The notes under the pieces are model-generated. The model was not told where the DNA came from and searched no databases. It saw only the letters and a program-made list of their open reading frames with translations. This document shows positions 12,601-23,000 of a stretch of DNA of 64,000 nucleotides, in pieces (within the stretch, counting starts at the first letter, position 1; each line of letters opens with the position of its first letter). Origin of the DNA: Yuukianura sp. NJ FZ-2021 (taxonomy: Eukaryota); NCBI GenBank assembly GCA_046563655.1, contig CM102283.1, positions 5,332,001 through 5,396,000 on the forward strand. Reading direction: 5' to 3'. The position numbers were made by a program, and so were the translations under genes.

Positions 12601-13547
12601 ACTTTGGCCTATGGGACGGATTTTGGAGCTCATCCCCGGAAAGGATGGAACATCCCGTGTAGCCAAAGTGAAAACGAAGACTGGAATCCTGACTCGGCCC
12701 ATGCAGCGACTCTACCCATTGGAGCTTTGTCATCGAGAGGTTCCGGACGTGCCTGAGAAGAAGGAGAAGAAACCCGTGGCACCGGAAAACCACCAGAAGC
12801 CTCAGAAGAAGACGGTGACCAAGGACATTCAACCTCAAGAAGTCGACATCGTAACTACTCGGAGTGGACGAAGCATCAAGAAACCCGTGAGGTTCTGCGA
12901 TTATTGATATGGTTTTAACTAAGTTCATTGTTTTAATTTTAAAGAGTTTTGACTGTTTTGTTTTTCTTTTGTTCCCACAAAAGAAAGTGGGAGTATGTTG
13001 AAATTGGGTTTAAGTTATTTTTTGGATATTTTTATATTTTTTGGACTAGTTTCAAAAGGCTAAATTTTGTCCATAATTTTTCTATACAACAGGGACTAAG
13101 TATAAGCATTTTTGAAAATATGAGGAAAATTCTTCGTAGCGTTTGCCTAGGGAAACTCTTCAAAGTTTGACTTCCTGAGATAGGTTATATTTGGTCTTAT
13201 TATGTTATGCTTAGCTTGTGGGAGGATAGGGAGTGACAATAGCGTCTGGCCTTGGGCTGAGTTGGCTCTTCTGTTTTTTGTTCCCTCTTTTTTCCTCTCT
13301 CATATACAGTACGTTATAAGAATTGAGATAGGATACACTTCATGTGTAATAACTTTTAAGTTTTCTTTGATTTTAATTGCAAGATTTTCATTGATCGCAA
13401 AGTGCGAATAAATAATTGGATTTCATTAATTAACCTCCGAGTCAGAAAGTCGAGTATTTTTCATAAAGTTATCCAGAGTCTTATTAGAAGGAATATCTAC
13501 ACGGTGGGTGATATTTCCTATTTGAGTGCTTGGATCCAGATTCAACA
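6633..13547 (+). mobile_element. Full-length BEL/Pao LTR retrotransposon
   Basis: 552-bp LTRs at 6633-7184 and 12996-13547 (TGTTGAA..TTCAACA); 5-bp TSD CCAGT; PBS-like TGGCGACCACTG at ~7189; PPT AAGAAAGTGGGAG just before the 3' LTR. Confidence 0.97.
7649..12907 (+). CDS. BEL/Pao Gag-Pol polyprotein (first ATG 7649; ORF open from 7625)
   Basis: Gag (DUF1759-like) with three Cys-His knuckles; protease LLDCGSQRSY; RT with YVDN; RNase H HVFSDAS; HHCC plus DDE integrase (DLAGP, TDNGTNF, WERLIR). Order PR-RT-RH-IN. Confidence 0.97.
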   Translation: MDRLKKERRLIRTAVTKLITALEVELQKEEVSRLQVEASLPVLENHYKKLLEVDDVIKTALLDDDKVTDETLDAESDAAQVYIMNVSQMKVRINSFLYPTTPNQLPGSPHTIQSGRSSSSYHQKTLKYPKIDLIKFGGDLKEWLGWWAQFQKIDSDEGLDDSDKFTYLIQSMEKGSRAEELVKGYPQSRSNYKKAVEALKNRFGKPKLLKQVYVRELISMIMSKTHEKKMALSSLVDRLVSHLRSLESLGVTVEQMGVFLFPMVESCLPEDILLAWQRSNFFGIDGSKQDPPKGELDFLMDFLRQEVDNEEQRKLARSGFESVEKRSNPRKRRSTDDSSDVPTAAGLFSGSSAKLICMFCDKSHLSKDCFAAQKMTKEERSDKLKKKGACFVCLKSGHVANKCKANVKCPLCSKRHELLFCHLNPKNNPKSDQKKKDEVPTTQTNLNCTNEVVLRTMMVKLENPSTRKLKTVRVLLDCGSQRSYLLKKTAQELGLVPVQTVSIHHQLFGGSEVKNTPHYVYNLKIGSVKDSFAMAVEVMDQEKICGDLPRVSKGPWMSELKELGIFVNDLDDTRSREIEFLVGADILGNLLTGNMRKLKNGLTLTETKFGWTVMGVTKEPAESSLAMTVISLSVTSATVQDLWSLDVLGIKDPVEVTSQEERDSQALKNFIETVTQNEEGRYSVSLPWIPGGVPIPQNRQVAIQRLESTTRKLISLGQLEQYGRVFQAWEEEGIISKVATEDGDGLRCHYLPHRAVIKPESKTTPIRPVFDASCKIGRSPSLNGCLEKGPNLIELIPSILLRFRYGKYGVTSDIRKAFQMIEVHEEDRDSLRFLWWEDPEMKTMTTFRHNRVVFGMNCSPFLLGAVLQFHLDKVEQQFPETSAQLKNSIYVDNCVHAVDTLEQYENFKTEATAILKTAGMDLRQWERSGDISEEVTCVLGMKWNKVEDVMLIDSISDQPPEKITKRLMLSYVHQIFDPLGLLSPVVLVPKMLVQKAWTENRKWDDPVSEEVGKEFSNWLNELIPIFDHFRIPRRCTSAKKEDCQKFQFHVFSDASKNAYAAAVFLRTEIDGIVELQLLQAKSRVAPVTKVTIPRLELLGCAIAARLTMSVKKALGMEDVPTWFWTDSSTALSWITNSDDWGTFVGNRVREILSLTKIENWNFVPGHLNPADLPSRGISPKKFLQLKWWEGPDWLKSEKKNWPSQTFSMDPELVNSERKKGLRHSLISLTERPCYLPKNSHHANVRIMAYVFRFVDKLMKREREWSALSRKEIDEAELRLFKIVQTEVFSPQDTVICGLRTIRDEENIIRVKTKLTNRQDSPGFKSPVLLPQTHPLVDLLIHEEHVLNCHGGAQFLMGRLREKVWIVKGRLAVKKVLRACVTCQRFTSKKTEVSTPALPEARVKDVGAFDTTGIDLAGPLVLKDKSKVWIVIFTCAIYRCVHIELVTAISTEEFLLAFTRFCMRKRRPTTVYTDNGTNFVGTENLFKTINWKEVERKTKHHRIQWRFNPPAAPWWGGWWERLIRSLKDLLKRMLGFAKLNYQDLETCVCEAEWVMNHRPLTFITEDQDDLIPLTPAMFVYDLPADGLPEIAVMTGTSLEGKRKNLKKLLEELQDRFRKEYLGILVQRGSQKISPVLEVGDLVFVGREDVKRTLWPMGRILELIPGKDGTSRVAKVKTKTGILTRPMQRLYPLELCHREVPDVPEKKEKKPVAPENHQKPQKKTVTKDIQPQEVDIVTTRSGRSIKKPVRFCDY

Positions 13548-13619
13548 CCAGTTGTGTTTTCCGAATTATCAGGGGATTGGTCTTCGCTCTGTGACGCCAA
13601 AAGTGCGAGGGAGTTAGAA

Positions 13620-13978
13620 AATTCGGTTGAAGTAAACTTTGACTCCGTTCGTTGTACCCCTCAAATTCCAATGTCATGCACCCCCCACCCCCCGATTACA
13701 ATCCGCGGCTGCAAATTCAAAAAAGAAATCGTCGCTACTGGCTAGGCTACCCTAACTTAACAAAGTGGATGTTCTGATCCGGAGGTTTAATGAGGGGGTA
13801 CAGTTCATAAATCTATGCGCAACTGAACAAATAAACAGAAGAGGGGGCGATATGTTTCTTTTTTGAATTTGCCGCCACGGATTGTATTCGGAAAAGGCCG
13901 GGGGGGGGGGTGTGGTGGTACAATACAATGCAATTTGGGGGTACAACAGAGAGAATCAAAGCTTACTTTAACCGAAAA
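13620..13978. mobile_element. MITE-like element with ~65-bp imperfect TIRs, just upstream of MED20
   Basis: TTCGGTTGAAGTAAACTTTGACTC..GTTGTACCCCTCAAATT pairs with AATTTGGGGGTACAAC..GAATCAAAGCTTACTTTAACCGAA. Confidence 0.65.
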
Positions 13979-14096
13979 TTCGAAAACATAAACAAAAAAC
14001 TAAACAGGAACACGGCACGCTGCGCTGCATCGCTGCATCCCTAACGTACTGCAGAGTACAGTTTAAATCAAACAATTCCAGCGTCACACCAACGGC

Positions 14097-17000
14097 ATGG
14101 GTGTTTCGGTGTAAGTTTTAGGCTAGTAACTAGTAAAGTACTTACAAAACTGAGCTTCACTAACCAACTACGTTAACTAACTGAACTTTAAAAATGTGTC
14201 CTCAACTCCTCCTAACTAGTATATGCTTGTACGTATAGCCTATTCTTTTGTAACACCTTGATATTGATTTCATGTAAATTTTGTAGCTTACAGGTTTACG
14301 TTGTTAAGGAAGGACTCACTGGCACCCAGACGATTGATATTCTGACTCAGCGTGTGCAAAACCTTGGAGGTGTTCAAACTGGACATTTCGTAGTAGACTG
14401 TGATTCATTCGTATGCCTCCAACCAGTCAGTAAGTCACTTTTCGTTAATCTTTAACAATTAATCGAGTACCTATTTAGCTCTCTAATCGTTTGCTTTTTC
14501 TCCGCCAATTCTAATTAGACGGCTAAGCAATTGAAAGTTACCATGCACGTTGTAACGATGTGGTAGTTTTTGCCGGTAATTTCATGGTTGAGGTTGATTT
14601 CTGAATGTGTTTTTATTGTCAACTTTTAATATGAAGTACTTATACCGAACTCTATTAAAATCACAGAATGGTGAGTGGTTGGATAATACACTAACCTAGT
14701 TATATGGAACAAACATCAGTTAACGTCTATTTTTCAGCCAGTTTTCTTAGTTTTACACTCGTGCCTAAACTTAAGCTAAGGGGTTGATTGGTGCTAGGCT
14801 GCACAATTCATGAATTCGCATCATCTAACATCTTGATGTTAATTGTTTAGGTTAATCGTCAAATTCTATTTAATTATTATTGTCTTTGTTATTTATTGTC
14901 TTAGTAAGTTTCATGGAAGCGCTCAACACAGTACTCTGTGGGGACTGGGAGGCTATGATTAGGTCATAAGGTTTCGCTGCCGCTTCTGATTGATAAATCT
15001 ACCCTAACTCTGTTTTTGATTTTAAGTATTTTGTAAAGCAGCGCCAAAAATTGAAGAAGTCCAGATCCAACTGTTCAATCGGAAACCCTGTCAGTGTCAC
15101 TGCTGCTGCGTCGTGAGTTATACGCGTCTCATGTGTGTATAATGGAAAAATTCACTCCGTTTCTTCGCACTTGCCTCATGCGCTAATACTGCTCGATTTG
15201 TGTCAGTCATGCCAGAATAACTTTCCTTTCCCTGTGCTTACTCATTCGCCGACATTTCGAATTGCCTTTTGTCGCCGTTAAACTGCATTTATAGAACTTT
15301 TTCTAAACTGCCACCGAGCGACGGGAAAGGGAAGTCAGCCATCGGCATCAGGTACTCCATTTGCATCTTTCACTCTCCTAAATAATGTGCGACTCAAACA
15401 GAGGTGCCTCTGAGTTGGTGTCTTCGTGGCAGTGGTAGGTAGTATGGACCGCCGTATGTTGTCACTTGAGGCGGAGCATGCGTGTAGGTGTGATACGTGT
15501 TATGATATTGCGGTGGTGGTTGCTGTTGATATCGATGGTGAAGTTGTTGAGTGTTTTGCAAGTAGGGAATGAATTCGTTCAGATGTGAGTAAGGATTGCG
15601 GTAGTGGTACTTGTGATATGAGTTGAACAGAGGGCGCTCTTTCATGTCTTCATACGAGTCAACGTAGTCGGTCTGGAAGTAGTCATGCGCTATGTTAGTT
15701 TGGAAACGACTGGCAGTTGGTGGTTGATACTCCTTCAAGATGGATCTGGGGCCGGGCTCTCGCTCAGGCTGAAGGGAATTCCTGATCAGCTGATGTCGCT
15801 GCGTCAGCTGACTTTTGGTTTGCGGCGTGTGGTGGAGTTGGTTGTTGTTTAGTGATGGTAGTTCTTGAAGATGTTCTTTGAGTATTGGGCGCGGAGAAGG
15901 TTGTGGTGGTGGCTGCTGCTGATTTGTTGTTGAGTGATTTGAGGGTGGGTGTGGCTGGTGGGATGGTGGGGCAAGGCCATGACTGAGGGTGGTGTCCATG
16001 TGATGCATCTCTTCCAGTTCCACTCCCTTTGTTTCTGGCACTGCGTAGCAAACGAAGAAGAGCCCTACGATGGATATGCCCGAGTAGATCCAGAAGGCTC
16101 CGTAAAGGCCAATGTGGGATTTAATATCTTCGTACGTTTTGACAGCCAGGAAGGCGCAGGCGTAGCTGAAGGAAGTACAAATGGCTCCACCAAAGGCCCT
16201 GTTTGGATTCAAGTATTTCGTTATTAGAGAGATTTGGATTTAAAATTGGCTCTTGACTGAAGTATTACAATCGTACATAGTATTTATGTTTTGAGCAACT
16301 AGATTGTTGAAAATATTGTAGACACTACTCGGTGGAGTTAAACTTTAAGGGCCATTATACGATGATTTTCATTATATTCGCTGCCGGCATGTTCCGTGAC
16401 TTTCATTGCTGTCTACGCCATGGTGGCAACTAGTGTTAAAACGTAACTTTAATGGCCAGTTCTACCATTGCCGGTTAAAGTTAAACTGAGTTTAGTGAAA
16501 ACTAGTTCCACCTTTATACTCAATTAACTTAATTATGTGTCAATTGATCTTGACATGCAAGGTATCAAAATTCTTGTATTCCTCCGCCGGTTAAACTCCG
16601 GTTAAATTTAACCGGCCGATTTTCTCCAGTTAAATTTTTTAATCTCCGGCTAAATATTTAAACACCGTTTACATTTATTAACCTGCAATGGTAGAACCGG
16701 GCATAAGTGGCATCATGAGTTAACACAACGTGTAGCCCCCCATTGTATCAACATAGTGGCTACAATGGTTTTCTGTAAAGTTAGCGTCAACCCTGGGAAG
16801 CTACACTCAGAATCAGGAAACCGAGGCCTCAACAAAGGCGTTTTTTAAGAATTGGCGCGTAACTTTGAAAATTCACCTAAATTCGAGCGGGAAGAGTTCT
16901 CCGACGAGGAGCCACGAGATGGGTCCGATGCCAATGGAGAAGAACAGTGTGAAGAACAGGACACAAGTGAGAGGGATCCAGTCGAGAGAAGGTCCGAATC

Positions 17001-20000
17001 CGGACTGTTTGGCGGGTAGAGACACTTCCAGCCAATTGTACAATCCAAATCCAAAAAAACTTCCCGATATGAAAAGGCTTGAGACAATGAGCAATGGGAG
17101 GCGACCTGCAATTGGCACAGTATGTTTAGGTTCAATTCAATCGCTGGTCATTTAATTTAAGAGTTGTTGATTACCGGCAGTGTCGATTAAAAGTCCAGAA
17201 GTCATTGAGCCCAGGAGTTGAAGAAAAATTACCACAATGGCAGCTCCATGAGGGTTAAGTGCTTTTCCAAAAACCTGAAGAAGATGATAAATTGAAAGTT
17301 AGGATTTTCTGTTTATTCCGCGTCAATGGCGCGAAGAATTTGTTTTCATATTGATAAGCATAACATGGGAAGGAAACGGAAAGCAACACCAGTCATTCAT
17401 AGTATGTCACTAACCATAATGACGTTTTCTTCTGACTCAATTCCAGGCAAAACAAAGGTTTCGTTGGGCTAAGGAAACAAAATTAAAAGTGACATGCGCA
17501 AAATAATTTTTGTAAAAACTAAAAAATGGGGGCTACCATGCTCATGCTGGTGTCTTCATCAGTTGTAAAATTAGCAGAATCTAGTGAATAGTTGCCTCTA
17601 TTGTAAACCTTAACAAAAGCAACCAAAACTTGATTTAGTACCTTCCAGCAACTAATTATTGTTACTTACATGCTGGAAGATGGGAACTGCGTAGTAGTTG
17701 AAGACCGTGACCCCTGAGAACTTATGAAAGAACATGAGTCCACATGTGATACAGAGAGGGCGCGTCAGTTGACTAGTTAATTTGGGTATGAGGCTCTTCT
17801 GCTTCGTCAGGATGTTGGATCGCAGGGTTTCGATTTCGGAGGGCACGTCTTCCTGACTTGACCTCAGCCATGACAGTGACCTTGTCGCCTCGTCTTCTCT
17901 TGAATGGTATAGAAGGAAACTCGGTGTTTCAGGAATTGCTAAAATTGCTAAGAAAAATAGAATCGGAACCACGGCTGCAGCTCCCGCCAGTTCCCTCCAA
18001 TCCAAAAAGGCTCCGAGAGAGGCAGAGCATAGGGCACCCAGTTGACCAGCCATTTTCAAAATGGCGCTCAAACATCCCCGAATCTCTGGATGAGAAATTT
18101 CACTCACGTAAACCTGCGAAGAAACAGTCTTTTAGTGGCGGGAATTTCAAATTGATGAGTTGTTTTTGAATCGGATTTAAAGTTTAACTTCGCTATTTGG
18201 TACCTGGGTGGCTAGCAGTATTGAGGCTGAACAGAAGCCGGCCAGGAATGAACTGCAGTACATCATTTCCACACATACTGCGAAAACAGTTAGAAACCAT
18301 GAGGCTGAAAAGGGCAGTGCGACAACCAACAGCGACATCTTTCGACCAAATTGCAGCAAAATCCCGCCAGCGAGACATCCGAAAATGGCGCCCAACAAAG
18401 ACAGGCTCGCAATCCATGAGGCTTCCTACGAACCAAACCCAAACCGTAGTTTTTAGAAAATCCCGCTTTTTTTTTCTTTGAATTTTTTTCCCTATGTTGG
18501 GAATATGTTTTTGGTTTTGCAGGGTTTCATGAGTTTTGCTTTTTCTTTTATGTTTTTTTACCTTTTTGGAAAAAGTTTAATGGTCATAGTTAGTATTTTT
18601 TTTTGTGGATAAGTTTTACATTTGACCTTAAATGTTGATTGGTAGAATGTGGATTTCGTTTTGTTCGTAATTGCCAAGGGACTGTTCACTTTATTACGAT
18701 AGAATCCAATGTCCTTTCGTCCAAATGAGAAAGTTTTATTGCCAACTCTCTAAGCATCTTATTCAGTACGTGAAGAGAGGAGAGAGACGGACGGAGAGTG
18801 AAAAACCCGAATTCGGTGTTTTTGGAAAAGAGCAAAGACTTTCTCCGAATTCTTCTAAGAGAAAGGAATGGAATTGGATCATTCCGGTTTTATGAGGCCG
18901 TTGACCAAATGTGGCTCTCTTTTGTTCGATTATTGGTGCCACTGCGTATTCGAAAGTCTATTTATGCGAATTGCGGCAGAGTGAGACATACTTGCACGGT
19001 TTATGTACTTTTGTGTCATTTGAACTAGTAGTTTTTATATTATATATTTTAAGTTTTTATGTTTATAAATGTAAACTTACTTGGGGAGATACAGGGAAAG
19101 TGGATGCTTTTGAGTCCTTGAGAGATGCCAATGCGGGACTCGTGTAGCCCTTCCCCAGTCCTGCTGCAAAAGGGCCCAAGCTCACTGCGAGCGTTGCCAA
19201 AACCTGGAAAGGTGAAAAATGCGGGTGAGTTCGTGTTTGTCCGGAGCTATTAATCTGCAGGAAGACAATGTCCTTATCATCGAACAGAGATGCAGCGACA
19301 TGTGACCAGGCTCTCGTTTTATCCCAATTTTCAAGTGGCACTCAACCAACCCCTAAAAACTTTTTGGCACAAATCCAATTTTTGGCTCAAACATGAAATT
19401 TTTAATGGGCATGAGAGATGGTCCACCTCAAATACTGGAGATAGGAGGAGTTGAATTTTGGAAAATTAGAAAAGATGTGTTCAAACAGACTTTGAATATT
19501 GGCGGGCTAAAACAGCGGCGGCGGGGCTTGGGCGGATGGTTACTAAGGATTCATTATAGATTTTTTCTTTTGAGCCATTTTTGCTCTTCTTTTCTTGTGA
19601 AGAATGTAAATGGGTTTAGTACGTTTTTTTCCTTGCAAAATAAAAGGGAGCGAAATTTAATTTCATGAAGCAGATCACGTTAGAACCCATTACTGTTTTA
19701 TGCTGAGGCTTCACATACGTTTTCTTCTCTCTTTTTTACTGTCGTCATCATCCAAAGCTTTCTGGATGACGCTAAAGAAAAGAAAGAGATGCTTTCGATC
19801 TAAATTGGAACGAAGCTAGGCGGGTCATTAAAACGAAATTGGAGCTAAAAGGCTAACGTCGTGATCGATTTTAGGAAAAAAAACATAATTGGGGCAGGTT
19901 GGAATCGAACTGAAAACTTTTAAAAAATGAGATACCCCTTTTACCGTTTCGTATCGGTTTTTAGAGTGGTTGTGTAAGTGTAGAAGGTGCGTAAAAAAGT

Positions 20001-23000
20001 AGGGCAAAGGACGGAAGCCATTTCGGTGCTACGCGTGGCAGAACCTTACTTTTGATTAGAATTCAGCACGAGTTTTTTGTTGATTACGGAGAAAGTGAGA
20101 TTGGGGCGAAGTGAGATTCGGGTTTCCTGGAGAAAGTCATGATTTTGCAAGGGGTTTTGAGATGTTAATGGGAAAGGAGGCGGGAATGTTGTGAACGAAC
20201 GTCGTCGTTGCTTACGTATATACTGTGTGGAGGTTTACTTAATCAAAGTCTTTTGAACCTTTGTTTTTGGTGGGAAGTTTGAATTTTGAGCCTTGATTTA
20301 AATTCAAAGGAGCTGGGGTGGATGTCGGAGCTTTTGTTTTGGATTGAGGTGGAAGAACAAGGGAATTAAATCGGATTTCCGTCTTTTTGTGCTGCGTTGT
20401 TTAGACAAAATAAACCGGTTGTAAACCGCCCATAATGATAATAGCTCAGGAATAAGGGGTTGCCCCCCAGGGGTGGGGGTGTCCCCCCACTTTTCCGCTC
20501 CCCAGGGGGAGTGGGGGTGTGTTCCCCCCTCATTCCCGCCCCCCCCGGTGGAGTGGGAGTGGTTTCCCCCCACTTTTTTGCTCCGCACCCCAGGGGGCGT
20601 GGGGATGGGTTCCCCCTACTTTTTAGCTCCGCACCCCAGGAGGCGTTGGGGTGTGTTCCCCGGGGGAGAGGGAGTGTGTTCCCCGGGGGAGAGGGAGTGT
20701 GTTCCCCGGGGGAGAGGGAGTGTGCTCCCCGGGGGAGAGGGAGTGTGCTCCCCGGGGGAGAGGGAGTGTGTTCCCCGGGGGAGGGGCGTGGGCTCCCCCG
20801 GTGGTGTGAGTGTGGGTCACCCGGGGTGTGTGACGGTGGGTCACCCGGGGGTGACGGTGGATCACCCGGCGCTGTGGGGTGGGTTCCTTCCGCTTCCCAG
20901 CTAGCAGGACGTTAATATGAAAAAAAAGTTGACCTTTGACCCGGAAGCAGGTCACTTGGGGTCATGTGATCTACACAAAAGTTGTTGGTGTCAATGAGAT
21001 GAACAACTTTTGTAGAGGTCATTTTCCGGGTTACCGGGGATGAAACCGGTTGACCTTGACCTTTGACCCGGAAGGAGTTGCCCCACGGGGGTCATATTCA
21101 ATAGTGAATAGGTCCGGGTCATGAGATGGTCACTGGTGAAAACCCGGTTGAAATTGGTCCAATAGTTCCGGAGAAAATCGTTCTAATGTTTTCCGGGACA
21201 GACGGACAGACGGACGGACAGACAAACCACTTTTATAATAATAGCTTCGCTATTATAATAAGGAAGGATAGCCTCTTGTCACTAGGAAATGACAGGGAGT
21301 ATGCGCCATTGAATCCACACTAAGATTAGTTCAACCGACTACTATACTACTGCCCGCATATGGTAGTACTACACTAGTTATCCGAATTCCGCGCCGAGAA
21401 AGAAACAGGAGAAATTAAGGATTTAAATCAGTTTTAACGAGACAAGGCTCTCTAGAAATGGGTTCTCTCTCAAACATTAAAATGTTTAACTTATCTTTTC
21501 CAACTGTTTTTCCATTCTAACACGCCCTCGTAATTCCAACTTTCCTACTAATCCCGAAAAGCACTAAAAAGTTCATAATCTGGATGCTAGAAGTCATTTT
21601 AGACAACGCGGAAGTCGTATTTTTAAGTTGGGTTTACAAACTGAAACTGCGAACTTCCGGAAAATACAAAATTGAAATTTAAAAAAAATAATGTCGTAGG
21701 TTCTGAAATTAAAGTTAAGAGTGTCGTTCTTACCTGCGTAAAATGTCGTGGAATTTTGGTGCGAATGACGGATAGGAAATTAGGCATCTTCTTTTTTCGC
21801 ATGATTTCAAGTTATGTTTTTGGAGGAGGACGAAAGCATGACGTCGTCGTTTCCATAACCCAGCGGAAGTTTGTTTTCTTGTCCCAATTTAGTTTTTTAA
21901 GTTTTGGCGGGAAGTTGGGTTTTTGTTGGAGGCAGCAAAAGTTAATTTGGTTGAAAATTGACGTGGGTTGCTGGATTTTTGGCGATGACAGGCAGGATAG
22001 GGAGATGAAATTAAACTTTGATTTCCATCTTGTGCTCCTTTCTTCTCAGGCAGTAACGTCCATCTCCAGGGAGTTTTTTTGAATTTCCCTCCAAATTAAA
22101 TATGGGCGAACCCCAGAGAAGCGGAAAACGACTTTTTGGCTCTGTGTTTAATGAATCGAAACAGAACTGTTTGGAAGCTGTGTTTCTAATGAGAAAATAA
22201 AAAAGAACATGGAGTCAAATGAGTACTCTGCTTGAGACTGTTTGTTACTTGGGAATTCTCCTGCTGCATCATCAATTCCACGCAAAATACGGAGGCAATT
22301 TCGGTTTTACGAATTTAGTCAGCTTTACGTTTCATTTACTTTTGGTCATTAGAACTTCTTCCAAGTAGTCGCGCTGGAACGTTCATGAACGGGTTCTAGC
22401 GAACGGTTTACACCGTTTTGTTACGGGTTTTTGTTGACAAAAAGTGTTAACTTTGTGAGAAAGCTAACAAGTGAAATGTATGAGTTGCCCAGTTCACAAA
22501 ATATTCATTGTGAACGTCCGTCCTAAACAGACGGTTAAATTAGGACGGAATTGCCAGTTTTGTAGCCTCGCAGTGTAACCACCATCGTTATTTTTTTTAG
22601 CGTCATGTGATAATGTAACCATAACTGGTTGCAATTCAATTCGTAGTTAATTAATTCCATTGTATTAGTACTTGTACTCCTGCTACCCACATGGTGGTTT
22701 GGTTAGCCAATTCTTTTCAAGACGGAATTGGGTACGGTTTATAACCACTTAATGTAACCACCTCCCCCGCTTTCATAACGGCATTTACATTAGAGGGAGA
22801 CAAAATTTAAAAATTGCTGGCGACTGCGCCTTTTCAACTACACATTTGTAACCACTGGGTGGTTCTGAATATTTTGGCGGTTGGTACACCAGAAGCAATT
22901 CCGCCGAACCCCAACCACAAATTCATCCAGGATTGTCCTGTCTTCCAGTTGCATCTGCACCAAGGCACACCCAAGCTACTTTTCTTTTTAGTTTTTAAAA

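Noticed and set aside
8310-12928. Many short ORFs overlapping the BEL polyprotein, mostly antisense
   Set aside because: Shadow frames of a long coding sequence; no motifs.
20460-20955. Gly/Pro-rich ORFs, and a possible CRISPR-like array
   Set aside because: The ORFs arise from a GC-rich 23-bp minisatellite. The repeats have no spacers and the context is eukaryotic.
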